A stretch of 63,676 bases of DNA, the filler included, from Octopus bimaculoides (lineage: Eukaryota): NCBI RefSeq assembly GCF_001194135.2. It is 4 parts of 4 records of this genome, joined end to end, with 100 filler letters (N's around TTAATTAATTAA, not from the genome) between each part and the next. Parts side by side here need not be neighbours in the genome. Positions count along the whole stretch, not along the records: positions 1 to 29,493 come from NW_026412352.1; 3 more parts are not named here. One strand, given 5' to 3'. Both the position numbers and the translations under genes were made by a program. The notes beneath the pieces are model-generated. The model saw only the letters and a program-made list of their open reading frames with translations, was not told the origin of the DNA and did no database searches. This document shows, piece by piece, positions 13,135-26,289 of the stretch; within the stretch, counting starts at the first letter, position 1; each line of letters begins with the position of its first letter.

Positions 13135-13848
13135 CATACATGCTCACAAATATACATAAACGTCTTCTTACAAAATGTGATAAATGGGAGAGCGAGAGAG
13201 AAAGAGAGAGAAGTAAAGAGAGAGAGAAAGAGATTGTAAAGCGAGAGATGCAGAAGTGACCAAAACGTGGTGAAATACCGCTGGAACGTTGACATGAACT
13301 TTTGCCGGCCATTAGCCACGTGACAGAAAGGCAAGACCTTTACAAGCCATGGATTTTATGGAAATTTTGCCGCCAACGACAACAAGGCTTTGCTCGGATT
13401 AATATACAAGAGATACAATCGGCCAGATCGGACAATGTATTAGAGATGTATTAGAGATGTATTACATTAACGATAGAAAGGTTCACTCAATACACGCATT
13501 CTAAACCTAGTGGTGTGTATGAGTTGGTATTGTTCAAAACTATTGTATTCTGAAAGTCCTACTCTCTGTCCAGGCAGATTGATGTGCCGACTTTGGGAAT
13601 TGTATCATCCCCTCTGATGAATATTTGCTGGCATTAAATTCCTATCACTTTAACCATTCATTCTTTGGATAACGATTCATTCTGTCACTACCAAACATCT
13701 TCATTTGTTATTTTCTACTTTCTCTGTGGAATTTACGGCTGCGTTTGTCTTTAAATTCTTTTGTATACTTAAGAATTTTCCGAGTAGTCCTCCCCAACCA
13801 TTATACTCTAGCTGTCTAGAAAGCTGTTTATTTTTGCATATACGTTAC

Positions 13849-13887
<39 letters not shown>

Positions 13888-13906
13888 AGTGTACGTATAA
13901 GTGTAC

Positions 13907-13954
<48 letters not shown>

Positions 13955-14272
13955 NNNNNNNNNNNNNNNNNNNNNNNNNNNNNNNNNNNNNNNNNNNNNN
14001 NNNNNNNNNNNNNNNNNNNNNNNNNNNNNNNNNNNNNNNNNNNNNNNNNNNNNNNNNNNNNNNNNNNNNNNNNNNNNNNNNNNNNNNNNNNNNNNNNNNN
14101 NNNNNNNNNNNNNNNNNNNNNNNNNNNNNNNNNNNNNNNNNNNNNNNNNNNNNNNNNNNNNNNNNNNNNNNNNNNNNNNNNNNNNNNNNNNNNNNNNNNN
14201 NNNNNNNNNNNNNNNNNNNNNNNNNNNNNNNNNNNNNNNNNNNNNNNNNNNNNNNNNNNNNNNNNNNNNNNN

Positions 14273-14390
<118 letters not shown>

Positions 14391-15277
14391 TAGATAGATA
14401 TACAGTTATATATTAGAAACATGAGAAAAGAATAAATGATTATCTTATGAACTTCATTAGCTTACGGCTGTTTCTGCAGTAAGATGCAGTGGACTTTTAG
14501 TTGATATATTTATGTATACACACACACACACGCACACACATATATATATATATGAGAATTTAGTTACCCTATACAACAAATTTTGTGTGAATGTATTCCC
14601 AGTTATTTAAATACAGATTGAATAACAGCGAATATACAATTGCACGAAACCTATGGTATCGGGTTACTTATTTCTATTAAAAGAATATTCATTTACCCAT
14701 GCATTGTTGTGCACTATTTCTTCCAGTTCGTTACCAACGTGTATACACACTTACATACACACACACACACACTCATACACACTCGCACCAATAAACGCAC
14801 ATACACATATTTATGTGTATATATATGTATGTATACAAGTATAAACCATTTCAATAAGTATACTTTAGTAAATAGTAAATATGCCCCTGAGTGTTCTCAT
14901 TTGGGTGCAATAATTTGAGAGTATATATTTATGTCTGAGTAGAGATATGCGTGTGTATGAGTGTGTGTATGTATCTGTGCATGTGTTTTTTCATTGTGTG
15001 TATGCGTATGTACGTATATATATATATATATATATTTGGTCTATATAAAAAATGTAGTTATGAAGTTGATCCTCTGGATGTAAGAGTTGTATTGGAGTCT
15101 TGTGGCAAAGTAGATTATTTTTTCGCTGNNNNNNNNNNNNNNNNNNNNNNNNNNNNNNNNNNNNNNNNNNNNNNNNNNNNNNNNNNNNNNNNNNNNNNNN
15201 NNNNNNNNNNNNNNNNNNNNNNNNNNNNNNNNNNNNNNNNNNNNNNNNNNNNNNNNNNNNNNNNNNNNNNNNNNNNN

Positions 15278-15318
<41 letters not shown>

Positions 15319-16023
15319 GTATGTATGCATATATATGTATATATATGTGTGTGTGCGTGTGTGCTGATAGATAGATAGGTAGGTAGATATACACGCGTTT
15401 GTGTACGTGTATACAATAAAAACTCCACACTCACATGTACTTATATAGACACATACATATGTATGTGCATATACGTACAAACTCACACGCACACACAAAC
15501 ATACACACACACACACGTATACATACATATTTATACGTATGCGAGTGTAGAAACATGTATACGAGATTAAATACACTTATTTAAAATATGTTCCCGTATG
15601 TAACATCATCATCATCACCATCATCATCAATACCTTCACTATTACCACCAGCACCGAGAACGCGCCTACCACCCCTTATCTACCCTGTAATGATCTGCTG
15701 GAGTATGTACCCAGACACTCTTCTGGGTTATATACAGATTACGTTAGACATTAGTGAGTTCATGTACCCGTTTCCACTCAATCAGCTGCGAAGATTTATC
15801 TGTGTAGAAATAGGAAGTATTAATTAGAATCGCTCCACACTGCAGCCTTACGTAACATTAGGATTTGCACGCGTGTGTGTGTGTGTGTTTGCGTATGTGT
15901 GTGTTTGCGTATGTGTGTGTGTGTGTGTGTGTGTGTCTGTATGAGTATATATGTGTGTGTGTGTGTGTCTGTATAAGTATATATATGTGTGAGTGTGCGT
16001 GTGTTTGTGTGTCTGCATGAGTA

Positions 16024-16073
<50 letters not shown>

Positions 16074-16109
16074 AGTATATATATATATACTCCTACGGGA
16101 GTCACATGG

Positions 16110-16204
16110 GGCTTTAGGCGTTTTCGCTCAATAAGCACTCACAAAGCCCGGTCTGGGAATCGAAACTGCGATCCTACGACTGCTTGTCCGCTGCCCTAAC
16201 CACT
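16110..16204 (-). mobile_element. SINE family C head fragment
   Basis: Reverse complement CAGTGGTTAGGGCAGCGGAC...GTTTCGATTCCCAGACCGGG. Confidence 0.8.
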
Positions 16205-16219
16205 GTATATGTATTTGCT

Positions 16220-16265
<46 letters not shown>

Positions 16266-16473
16266 TGGATTTTTTTTCTTAAATGCTGTTACGAAACTAC
16301 ACAATTCTCATGGACAACTACACTACCACGACTAACCCCCACACCCGCCTCCACCTTTCAATACATACACACACGCAAACACGCGCATGCGATGACAACA
16401 TACACACACATACACCTGTCCACATACATAATCGTATAAGTATAATTACGCCAATACACACACCATATACGGG

Positions 16474-16504
<31 letters not shown>

Positions 16505-17050
16505 TTATTCAGAAACTTATACACACATCTGTACATACTCTTACAGAGGTACACACGCCCCTATGCACACATACAGCTATGCACATATGCAACTATACAC
16601 ACACACACATACACACACACACACACACACTCGCATATATACACAAATTCACATACTTATACACACCTGTACACACACACAGTTCTACTGATACACACCT
16701 ACACACACAAACAAGCCTATACCTAACACTTACAAGCGAGCACTTACACACCTACAAACCCATATATTTCCACACACACACACACACACGTGCGCCTATA
16801 CAGAGAAACAATTACACACATAACACACAACACATACACACACACACTCACACACACACACACACATACACACACAGAGTTGTTGAGCAACACTAGTTTC
16901 AACTTAACTACACCAACATCAATAAATGTTCTAACAACAACATAAAAAACCAAAATGTCAGCCATCATCATTAACAACCTCTCTCACCCTCTTTCTCTCC
17001 CACTCTCTCTGTCTCCCTCTCTATCCTACTCTCTCTCCCTCTCTATCCTA

Positions 17051-17081
<31 letters not shown>

Positions 17082-17440
17082 CACCTATCCTCCTCCTTTG
17101 TCCTCCCCAGCTCTATCTCCCCCCTCCCCCAATTTATGTCACACAACTTCATAATTGAACAACTTTGCTTTCATCTTTACATTCTACACTCATCTTACAT
17201 TTACAAACCACAAACTACAGTCGCCATATTATTTCATATTATTACACTTACAATTACTAACGACCACTACAACAACAACAACAACAGCTACTACTACAAC
17301 GGTTATTATTAGAGCTGCTGCTGCCACTACTACTGCTCTATACGAGTATAGAAATATACATATATATATATATACAAACGCATATACATACATACACACT
17401 TTCACATACATTCACATAACTTCACATACATAAATGCAAG

Positions 17441-17530
<90 letters not shown>

Positions 17531-17760
17531 TATATATATTTATATATATATATATATGTATGTATGTATAATAATACCCATATATAGATACATACATATA
17601 CGCATACATACAGGCACATATAAACGCACATGCGTACGTAGATGCATACATATATACATATATATTCTACGTACACATTCATATACACGTGCACATGCAC
17701 ACACATGCGTATTGGTGCACATTCATACACACACGCATGCACACAAGGATACAACCACAC

Positions 17761-17966
17761 ATACACATATACACACATACACATACATGCACATCTACAC
17801 ATACACATCCATACACACCTATACATACATACACATATACACACACATGCACATCTACATATACACATCCATACACACCTATACATATATACACATATAC
17901 ACACACATACACATCTACATATACATAGCCATACACACCTTCACATACATACACATACATACACAC
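17761..17966. repeat. 60-bp-period minisatellite (about 3.4 copies) built from CA/TA dinucleotides
   Basis: ACATCTACA..ATACACATCCATACACACCT recurs at exact 60-bp spacing. Confidence 0.85.
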
Positions 17967-18079
17967 AAATAATGACGAGATGTTCCTAATTACTGTTTAA
18001 TGTCGTTTATGAAGGCGATTTCCGTTGTTATTCCTCTTTTTGATTTTATTATTCCACGTGTTGTTGTTGTTGTTGGTGG

Positions 18080-18110
<31 letters not shown>

Positions 18111-18359
18111 CTTGCTGTTCTTGTTCTTGTTACAAACTATTGTCGTTTATTTGTCGGTTATATTATTGCCGTTGTTCCTTATAAGTGAGATTATCGATGT
18201 TACTGTTATTATTGTTCCCACAGTCAATGATGTAAATTCGAGGCGTGGTTATTGCTGGCTGTTATTGTTGTTGTTGCTGTGGTGGTGGTGGTCGTCGTGG
18301 TGGTGATGGTCATTAACCAGATACTGCAAAGCGACGCAATGTTGTGACTGTAACAATGC

Positions 18360-18586
18360 GGCGTGCTGGCAGAACCGTTAGCACGCTTTGACAAAATGCT
18401 TAGCGGCATTTCGTCCGCCTTTGCTTTCTGGGTTCCAATACCGCTAGGGTCGATATTTGCCTTTCATCCTTTCGACATCGATAAAATAAGTACCACTAGA
18501 GCACTAGGGTTGATTTAATCGACTTAGCCCCTCCCCTCCAGTTCCCCCCGAAATTGCTGGTCTAGTGCCAAAAACTTGAAGCCAAT
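18360..18586 (+). mobile_element. SINE family A, full length
   Basis: GGCGTGCTGGCAGAACCGTTAGCACGC head through AAATTGCTGGTCTAGTGCCAAAA tail. Confidence 0.9.
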
Positions 18587-19227
18587 ATGATGACTGGAAG
18601 GATAAGAAATAGCAGCTAGTTCTCTTCCTCTTTGCCCCCTCTCTCTCTCTTTCTGCACCCCCCTCTCTCTCTCTCCCCGTCAGCGTATGCTGCCAAAGAG
18701 ATGGAATGGTCAGGCGTACTTTCCACCACATAACTCTTGGATCTCGGTTTTATCAGTCGCCAGCATATTAAAATACCTTTCAAGGTGAAATTATAAACAA
18801 TTTTTTCTTTTACCTTCATNNNNNNNNNNNNNNNNNNNNNNNNNNNNNNNNNNNNNNNNNNNNNNNNNNNNNNNNNNNNNNNNNNNNNNNNNNNNNNNNN
18901 NNNNNNNNNNNNNNNNNNNNNNNNNNNNNNNNNNNNNNNNNNNNNNNNNNNNNNNNNNNNNNNNNNNNNNNNNNNNNNNNNNNNNNNNNNNNNNNNNNNN
19001 NNNNNNNNNNNNNNNNNNNNNNNNNNNNNNNNNNNNNNNNNNNNNNNNNNNNNNNNNNNNNNNNNNNNNNNNNNNNNNNNNNNNNNNNNNNNNNNNNNNN
19101 NNNNNNNNNNNNNNNNNNNNNNNNNNNNNNNNNNNNNNNNNNNNNNNNNNNNNNNNNNNNNNNNNNNNNNNNNNNNNNNNNNNNNNNNNNNNNNNNNNNN
19201 NNNNNNNNNNNNNNNNNNNNNNNNNNN

Positions 19228-19390
19228 CTCTTTTTAATTTTCTCTCTGTTTCTTTCTGTGTTACTTTCTATGGAAGAGCGTAGGCTCGAAACGTAAAAAG
19301 ACTTTCTCACTTCCCGAGCGTTAAACTAATACATCTGTTTGATCTGTTTGTTGTTTACACACCCGTCTTCCTCTTTGTTTGTTTTTGTAT
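19228..19390 (+). mobile_element. Penelope-like element with degenerate hammerhead motif (copy 3, 19263-19301)
   Basis: CTATGGA-A-GAG(CGTAGG)CTC-GAAACGTA; downstream colinear with the 12504-12718 copy. Confidence 0.55.
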
Positions 19391-19449
19391 ATACATATAT
19401 ATATATATATATATATGGATAGATATATATACATGGAATTGTGTTTGCC

Positions 19450-19675
19450 TGTGTCATTGTGTCTGACCGCTCACTACCACCTGACAGCCGGTGTTGGTGT
19501 GTCTATGCCCAGTGACATTAGCAGTTCGGCAAAAAGATACCCGACAAAATAACTACCAGACTTTAGAAAAATCAGTATGAGGCGGTGGGGAGATAGGTCG
19601 ATTTTTTTGTCCACAAAACTTTCAAAGAAGTGTTCTAGCACGGCCGTAGTCCAATGACTGCCACAAGTATAAAAC
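19450..19675 (+). mobile_element. SINE family B 3' half, diverged
   Basis: TGACAGCCGGTGTTGGTGTG...GCAGTTCGGCAAAAAGA...AGCACGGCCGTAGTCCAATGACTG. Confidence 0.75.
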
Positions 19676-20895
19676 AGAAGCTAACAGTTTGCAGTTTACA
19701 CCCAGGGATTGCCACTTAAAACACAGAGTTCAAACATTTAATCATCTTTGAATGTGGTGAAGGTTATTGGTTTCCCATAATGCAGTATCGTACCCTAAAC
19801 TTTATACTTGGGTATCATGCAATGAGTCACATCAACTCGGGTGTGATTACATTGTTTTCGTTAATTAGATGCCTAATTAAGATACAATAAATATCATCCA
19901 CATTGAAGACAAAAAAAATGTCCATGGAGTTAAAAAAACAATAACCCATGGATGGATACCAGTAATTAGCGATGTATAAAGGTCAGAGGGTAAAGGGCAG
20001 GTGACATTTCTTTTGTGAGATTGTAATAAGGGCGTGTGAAACAGTTCATCGGTAATATATATATATATACTTACATATGTATGAATGCATGTATACATNN
20101 NNNNNNNNNNNNNNNNNNNNNNNNNNNNNNNNNNNNNNNNNNNNNNNNNNNNNNNNNNNNNNNNNNNNNNNNNNNNNNNNNNNNNNNNNNNNNNNNNNNN
20201 NNNNNNNNNNNNNNNNNNNNNNNNNNNNNNNNNNNNNNNNNNNNNNNNNNNNNNNNNNNNNNNNNNNNNNNNNNNNNNNNNNNNNNNNNNNNNNNNNNNN
20301 NNNNNNNNNNNNNNNNNNNNNNNNNNNNNNNNNNNNNNNNNNNNNNNNNNNNNNNNNNNNNNNNNNNNNNNNNNNNNNNNNNNNNNNNNNNNNNNNNNNN
20401 NNNNNNNNNNNNNNNNNNNNNNNNNNNNNNNNNNNNNNNNNNNNNNNNNNNNNNNNNNNNNNNNNNNNNNNNNNNNNNNNNNNNNNNNNNNNNNNNNNNN
20501 NNNNNNNNNNNNNNNNNNNNNNNNNNNNNNNNNNNNNNNNNNNNNNNNNNNNNNNNNNNNNNNNNNNNNNNNNNNNNNNNNNNNNNNNNNNNNNNNNNNN
20601 NNNNNNNNNNNNNNNNNNNNNNNNNNNNNNNNNNNNNNNNNNNNNNNNNNNNNNNNNNNNNNNNNNNNNNNNNNNNNNNNNNNNNNNNNNNNNNNNNNNN
20701 NNNNNNNNNNNNNNNNNNNNNNNNNNNNNNNNNNNNNNNNNNNNNNNNNNNNNNNNNNNNNNNNNNNNNNNNNNNNNNNNNNNNNNNNNNNNNNNNNNNN
20801 NNNNNNNNNNNNNNNNNNNNNNNNNNNNNNNNNNNNNNNNNNNNNNNNNNNNNNNNNNNNNNNNNNNNNNNNNNNNNNNNNNNNNNNNNNNNNNN

Positions 20896-20945
<50 letters not shown>

Positions 20946-21492
20946 TATGTATGTATATATTCACGTATGTATCGTGGTGCTGAAATAGATATGTCCTATA
21001 CATAGTTATGTAACTATATTTAATTGTGTATATATTTCTATACGTACGTACACACGCACACACAAACACACACACATACACACAAACACACAACACATAC
21101 ACACATCTGCTCGCATGTGCTCACATTGTCATATATCAGCCAGCCACAGGTTAAAGACATCCCATAATGCCATGGTAATTGGATGTCACAGAGACGTCGG
21201 AAGACTCTTACGGAGATTTGTTTTGCTATCAATTTATAATTGGAGACCTGTTAAGTTATTAGTTTCTTATGATTATTAATGCAAACTTCAAAGAGTTAAA
21301 AGTGGGCGGGGTCAAGTGCAGGGTCAATTAAACATAATTGTTTGTTAATTAAGTTTTACTTAGTCCTTTACTAAACGGAAAGCGGCTCTTGTTTGCATAT
21401 CTGAATTAATATGCAAATCAGTTTTATGTTTCTCATTTTTAATAACCTCAACCAAACTAGTTAATCACTGGCCTGGCATGTGTGTGAGTATA

Positions 21493-21529
<37 letters not shown>

Positions 21530-21578
21530 CGTTCGTATATACATATATAATTACACGCTCACACACAGATATATATAC

Positions 21579-21625
<47 letters not shown>

Positions 21626-21955
21626 NNNNNNNNNNNNNNNNNNNNNNNNNNNNNNNNNNNNNNNNNNNNNNNNNNNNNNNNNNNNNNNNNNNNNNNNNNN
21701 NNNNNNNNNNNNNNNNNNNNNNNNNNNNNNNNNNNNNNNNNNNNNNNNNNNNNNNNNNNNNNNNNNNNNNNNNNNNNNNNNNNNNNNNNNNNNNNNNNNN
21801 NNNNNNNNNNNNNNNNNNNNNNNNNNNNNNNNNNNNNNNNNNNNNNNNNNNNNNNNNNNNNNNNNNNNNNNNNNNNNNNNNNNNNNNNNNNNNNNNNNNN
21901 NNNNNNNNNNNNNNNNNNNNNNNNNNNNNNNNNNNNNNNNNNNNNNNNNNNNNNN

Positions 21956-22031
<76 letters not shown>

Positions 22032-22049
22032 ATATCTGTACGGATGTGC

Positions 22050-22081
<32 letters not shown>

Positions 22082-22427
22082 CCTTATTCTTATATATATA
22101 CTGTTCAACTATATGAATAGTTCAAATGGAAACACACCTGCTAACACAATATGTATTTATATGCATTGTTATGTAAGAAGAAGAAGAAGAATATCTATGC
22201 AATGAACCGCTGAATGTAATATAAAATTGTATTGTAGAATATAATACAGAATATTATAGCAAATTAATATGCTACGTATAACCTAACGATGTGTTTGATA
22301 TGATGCATCTGTTGGGGCATCCGTGTGCCTCTCTGTAAGTAGATGTCAACTTATAGATGTATGTGTTTGCACATATATGCATGTGTGTGCCCGCGTAAAC
22401 ATCTATATTACTGACCGTACACATAAG

Positions 22428-22473
<46 letters not shown>

Positions 22474-22474
22474 G

Positions 22475-22655
22475 AAATTTGAACTCAGAACGTAGTGACA
22501 GGCGAAATACTACTAAGCATTTCGTCCAGGTTCTGCCAGCTCGCTGCCCTCTTTAATAATAATAACAATAATCCTTTCTACTAAACGCACAAGGCTTAAA
22601 ACTGTGGGAGAGGGGACTAGTCGATTACATCGACCCCGGTGTTTCATCTTATTTG
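22475..22655 (-). mobile_element. Two SINE family A fragments (head 22475-22548, tail 22570-22655)
   Basis: Matches to the family A head and GTCGATGTAATCGAC tail module. Confidence 0.8.
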
Positions 22656-22664
22656 TATCAATTA

Positions 22665-23245
22665 TAAAGCAGTAGCTCTCATGGCTTCTGATCTTAATTG
22701 ATTGAAAGTGTTATCATGTACATCGCATCGTCTTGGTACAAAAGATGGGTTACAGTGAATATTCTGCTCAATACCACAGATTTGATTGTCAGTTGTTTGA
22801 CCTTAACCAGTTGAGCATGTCCCTTGGTGGCTGACGATAAGTGCATCTCTGATCACGAGCAAATGGGGAAGCATCATAGCCATGTGTTGAGAGGAATTTG
22901 GGGGTTTGGATAATTCACCTTTGGAAATATGGGTGTTTTGTTCAACATCCTTAAACAATACTTATTCAGGGACCTTTTGAGCGGGATGGACTAAACGACC
23001 TGAAGAAAATTTTAACCGGGCCCCACCTTCAAGGTCATGCGCTGTTTATCTTGATATAAGATCACCATGTTGGGCACATATGGTTGTGATGCATGTACCT
23101 GGTGTACCCTTGTCAGACGGGTAATCATGATGGGTATACTGTGCTTCGTATATTTTACCCCAGCGTCACTTTAATGGCACGCACTGCTCTCTCACTCAGT
23201 ATTAATCAATAATAATAATAATAAAAATAAAAATAATAATAATAA
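22665..23245. repeat. About 550-bp interspersed repeat ending in (AAT)n, probably a retroposon 3' region
   Basis: Recognised from memory as an abundant octopus repeat; (AAT)n tract at the right end; single copy in this window. Confidence 0.55.
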
Positions 23246-23964
23246 CAGCAATGTTTGAAAGGGAACATTAGCCCAAAGTATTTTTATTTCATTTGGCATT
23301 CACTGTAAAATTTTGTTAAAAAAAGTGAAAAAGTGCTAGATGGTGCATGGTAGGGAAATGAAATAAAAGCCATTTATGTTTGAGGGAGAGAAAGGAACAG
23401 AAATTGGATAAAAAATATTAAAAGATTTACAGAAATGTAGAAGAAAACTTAAAACAAAAGCAGATGAAAAATATGCAGGCAATATGGCGGAATTTGCGCA
23501 AATTTTCATTTATCTAAAGTAGATTGTTGCAAGCTGAACTCTGTGCGTGTTGCTTTTTGCTGTTGTTACAATGTGTGCGTATGCGCCCACAGAAACACGC
23601 GCGCATGCGCCCACACACATGTACAGTCACATACACACTCACATACACACACAAGTAAATATACATATTTATGCATATATTTGTATTCGTATCTTTAAGA
23701 GTATGTGTGCGTGTGTGCGTGTGCGTGTGCGTGTGCGTGTGTGTGCGTGTGTGTGTTTGTGTGTGTGTGCTTGTATTTAATTTTATATATTAGGAGTCCT
23801 AATCTGTAAAAAAACGTATTGTAAAATCAGAAATCGAGACAAACAGACAGACACTGTAATTGTTGAGATGTGGAGTGTATAAGCTAAAGATGTTGTGTGT
23901 ATGTGTGCACATGCGTGTGTGTGTGTGCAATGTGAGTGATTTGTTTCTATACATGTCTAATGTA

Positions 23965-24022
<58 letters not shown>

Positions 24023-24549
24023 TTTATGCGTATTTAACAAATGTATGGAGGATGTTATATAAAAAAATACAAAAAAAGATGGCGGTAGACAAAAAAAAAT
24101 AGTTTTAAGAAATGAAAGAATAGAAAAAAATATGCGAAGTTATTATTAATAANNNNNNNNNNNNNNNNNNNNNNNNNNNNNNNNNNNNNNNNNNNNNNNN
24201 NNNNNNNNNNNNNNNNNNNNNNNNNNNNNNNNNNNNNNNNNNNNNNNNNNNNNNNNNNNNNNNNNNNNNNNNNNNNNNNNNNNNNNNNNNNNNNNNNNNN
24301 NNNNNNNNNNNNNNNNNNNNNNNNNNNNNNNNNNNNNNNNNNNNNNNNNNNNNNNNNNNNNNNNNNNNNNNNNNNNNNNNNNNNNNNNNNNNNNNNNNNN
24401 NNNNNNNNNNNNNNNNNNNNNNNNNNNNNNNNNNNNNNNNNNNNNNNNNNNNNNNNNNNNNNNNNNNNNNNNNNNNNNNNNNNNNNNNNNNNNNNNNNNN
24501 NNNNNNNNNNNNNNNNNNGTGTGTGTGTATATATATGTATATATATATA

Positions 24550-25029
24550 GGCGCAGGAGTGGCTGTGTGGTAAGTAGCTTGCTTACCAACCACATGGTTC
24601 CGGGTTCATTCCCACTGCGTGGCATCTTGGGCAAGTGTTTTCTACTATAGCCTCGGGCAGACCAAAGCCTTGTGAGTGGATTTGGTAGACGGAAACTGAA
24701 AGAAGCCCGTTGTATATATGTATGTATATATATACATATATATGTATGTGTGTTTGTCTCCCCACCATTGCTTGACAACCGATGCTGGTGTGTTTACGTC
24801 CCCGTAACTTAGTGGTTCTGCAAAAGAGACCGATAGAATAAGTACTAGGCTTCCAAAGAATAAGTCTTGGNNNNNNNNNNAGAGACCGATAGAATAAGTA
24901 CTAGGCTTCCAAAGAATAAGTCTTGGGGTCGATTTGCTCGACTAAAAGGCGGTGCTCCAGCATGGCCGCAGTCAAATGACTGAAACAAGTGAAAGAGTAA
25001 AATAGTAAAATAGTAAATAGTAAATAGTA
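24550..25029 (+). mobile_element. SINE family B, full length: tRNA head, CORE-like segment, internal (TA/TG)n, 3' tail
   Basis: GGCGCAGGAGTGGCTGTGTGG...GGTTCATTCCC...TTGGGCAAGTG...microsatellite...GGGGTCGATTTGCTCGACT...GACTGAAACAAG plus (AAATAGT)n. The 46-bp duplication around the 10-N gap is an assembly artefact. Confidence 0.93.
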
Positions 25030-25218
25030 TATATATGTGTGTATATGTATATATATATATATACACATATATATAGTTGGAATTTACCAAAGAGCAAACA
25101 AAAGACGGCAGTGTAATAATACTGGAGTCACTATCATTAACTAAATCTCTGGTAGATGTTGCCCCAGGATGGCCAAAGTCCGGTGACTTCTTTATAGAAG
25201 AATATATACATATATGTC

Positions 25219-25395
25219 GAAGGCGCATGGTCTAGTGGTTAGGTCATTTAACTCAGGATCACGAGATCGAGGTTTCAGTTCCTGGGCCGGGTGGTGCGGT
25301 GTATATTTGAGCCAAAGGCTTCATATCCCGTTGTTCTACGATCACCTGGACACCTGACGTGTGGTACACCACACCTGTTCAGGTAACGCTGATTT
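25219..25395 (+). mobile_element. tRNA-derived SINE (family E), diverged
   Basis: GAAGGCGCATGGTCTAGTGGTTAGG A box and GGTTTCAGTTCC B box. Confidence 0.7.
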
Positions 25396-25481
25396 CAACA
25401 AACCCTAACCCTAACCCATTTGAATAGGTTGTTCTGCATGAAATTGCAGAACTGTCTTTCTCTGGCTATGTGCCGCCACCA

Positions 25482-25524
<43 letters not shown>

Positions 25525-26289
25525 GTAAAAATTATATATCTTCATAGCTACTTAGAGGCGGAAGGACAAACACACACACACACAAATCGTAGCACAACCA
25601 AAGGAAAAGTAATTATGCAATCAAGTTCATTAGCTTATAGTTGTTTCTGCTACAAGTAAAGAAGCAATACACTTAGAGCTGAGTGCTTGAGCCACATCTT
25701 ATAGTTTCCCCGGAGTCATTACATTAAAGTAGATGCTTCTTTCGGAAAGCATTCACACACATACATACGCTCGGGCGCATGCGTGTGTTTGTATCTGCGT
25801 TTGTATGTAATTTGATAGGTACGTATGACATACAATCACACACGATCTCTATGGTGAATTTGAACCACAATCTCTACGTAATCACTTTTGTAGACTATTT
25901 AGCCATTTTATTTCTTCTATCACGTGATGATATCTATCATCATTTTCTAATATAATGGAATTGTGGGATTGATTGAATCCATCAGCCGCACATTACTGGT
26001 GTGGAAACGAACTAATGAAAGAGGCTTTATAAGATCACTAGACTTTCTGAAAACAATAACCAAATCTCTTTCTAATCACTACCATCTTATCAAAATGATT
26101 GATCACATTACGTAATCTTTGTAAAATAGACAGAGAAATCGAAGCCGGAACAGCTTTGATCCTATAAATTGTTTAAACAAGTTTGATTTGCCGCTAAACA
26201 CCAATAATAATAACTATTTATTTTATCAACGCCCCTATATAGATAATTGTTACTGAATTTATCGACGTGAAACTAAGCAGGTGAACCTC

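Noticed and set aside
13290-13465. TGACAG and TTTATGG motifs with an 11-bp slippage repeat
   Set aside because: Too few and too short to exceed chance without conservation data.
14440-14500. TGCA/TGCA stem followed by GAAAC...GTA on the minus strand
   Set aside because: No CUGANGA core upstream.
15691-15712. miR-10-like start TACCCTGTA
   Set aside because: Only 9 nt match and there is no complementary arm for a pre-miRNA hairpin.
24825-24926. 46-bp direct repeat around a 10-N gap
   Set aside because: Exact overlap of contig ends; an assembly artefact.
25401-25417. Interstitial telomere repeat AACCCTAACCCTAACCC
   Set aside because: Under three units; too short to indicate a fusion or healing site.
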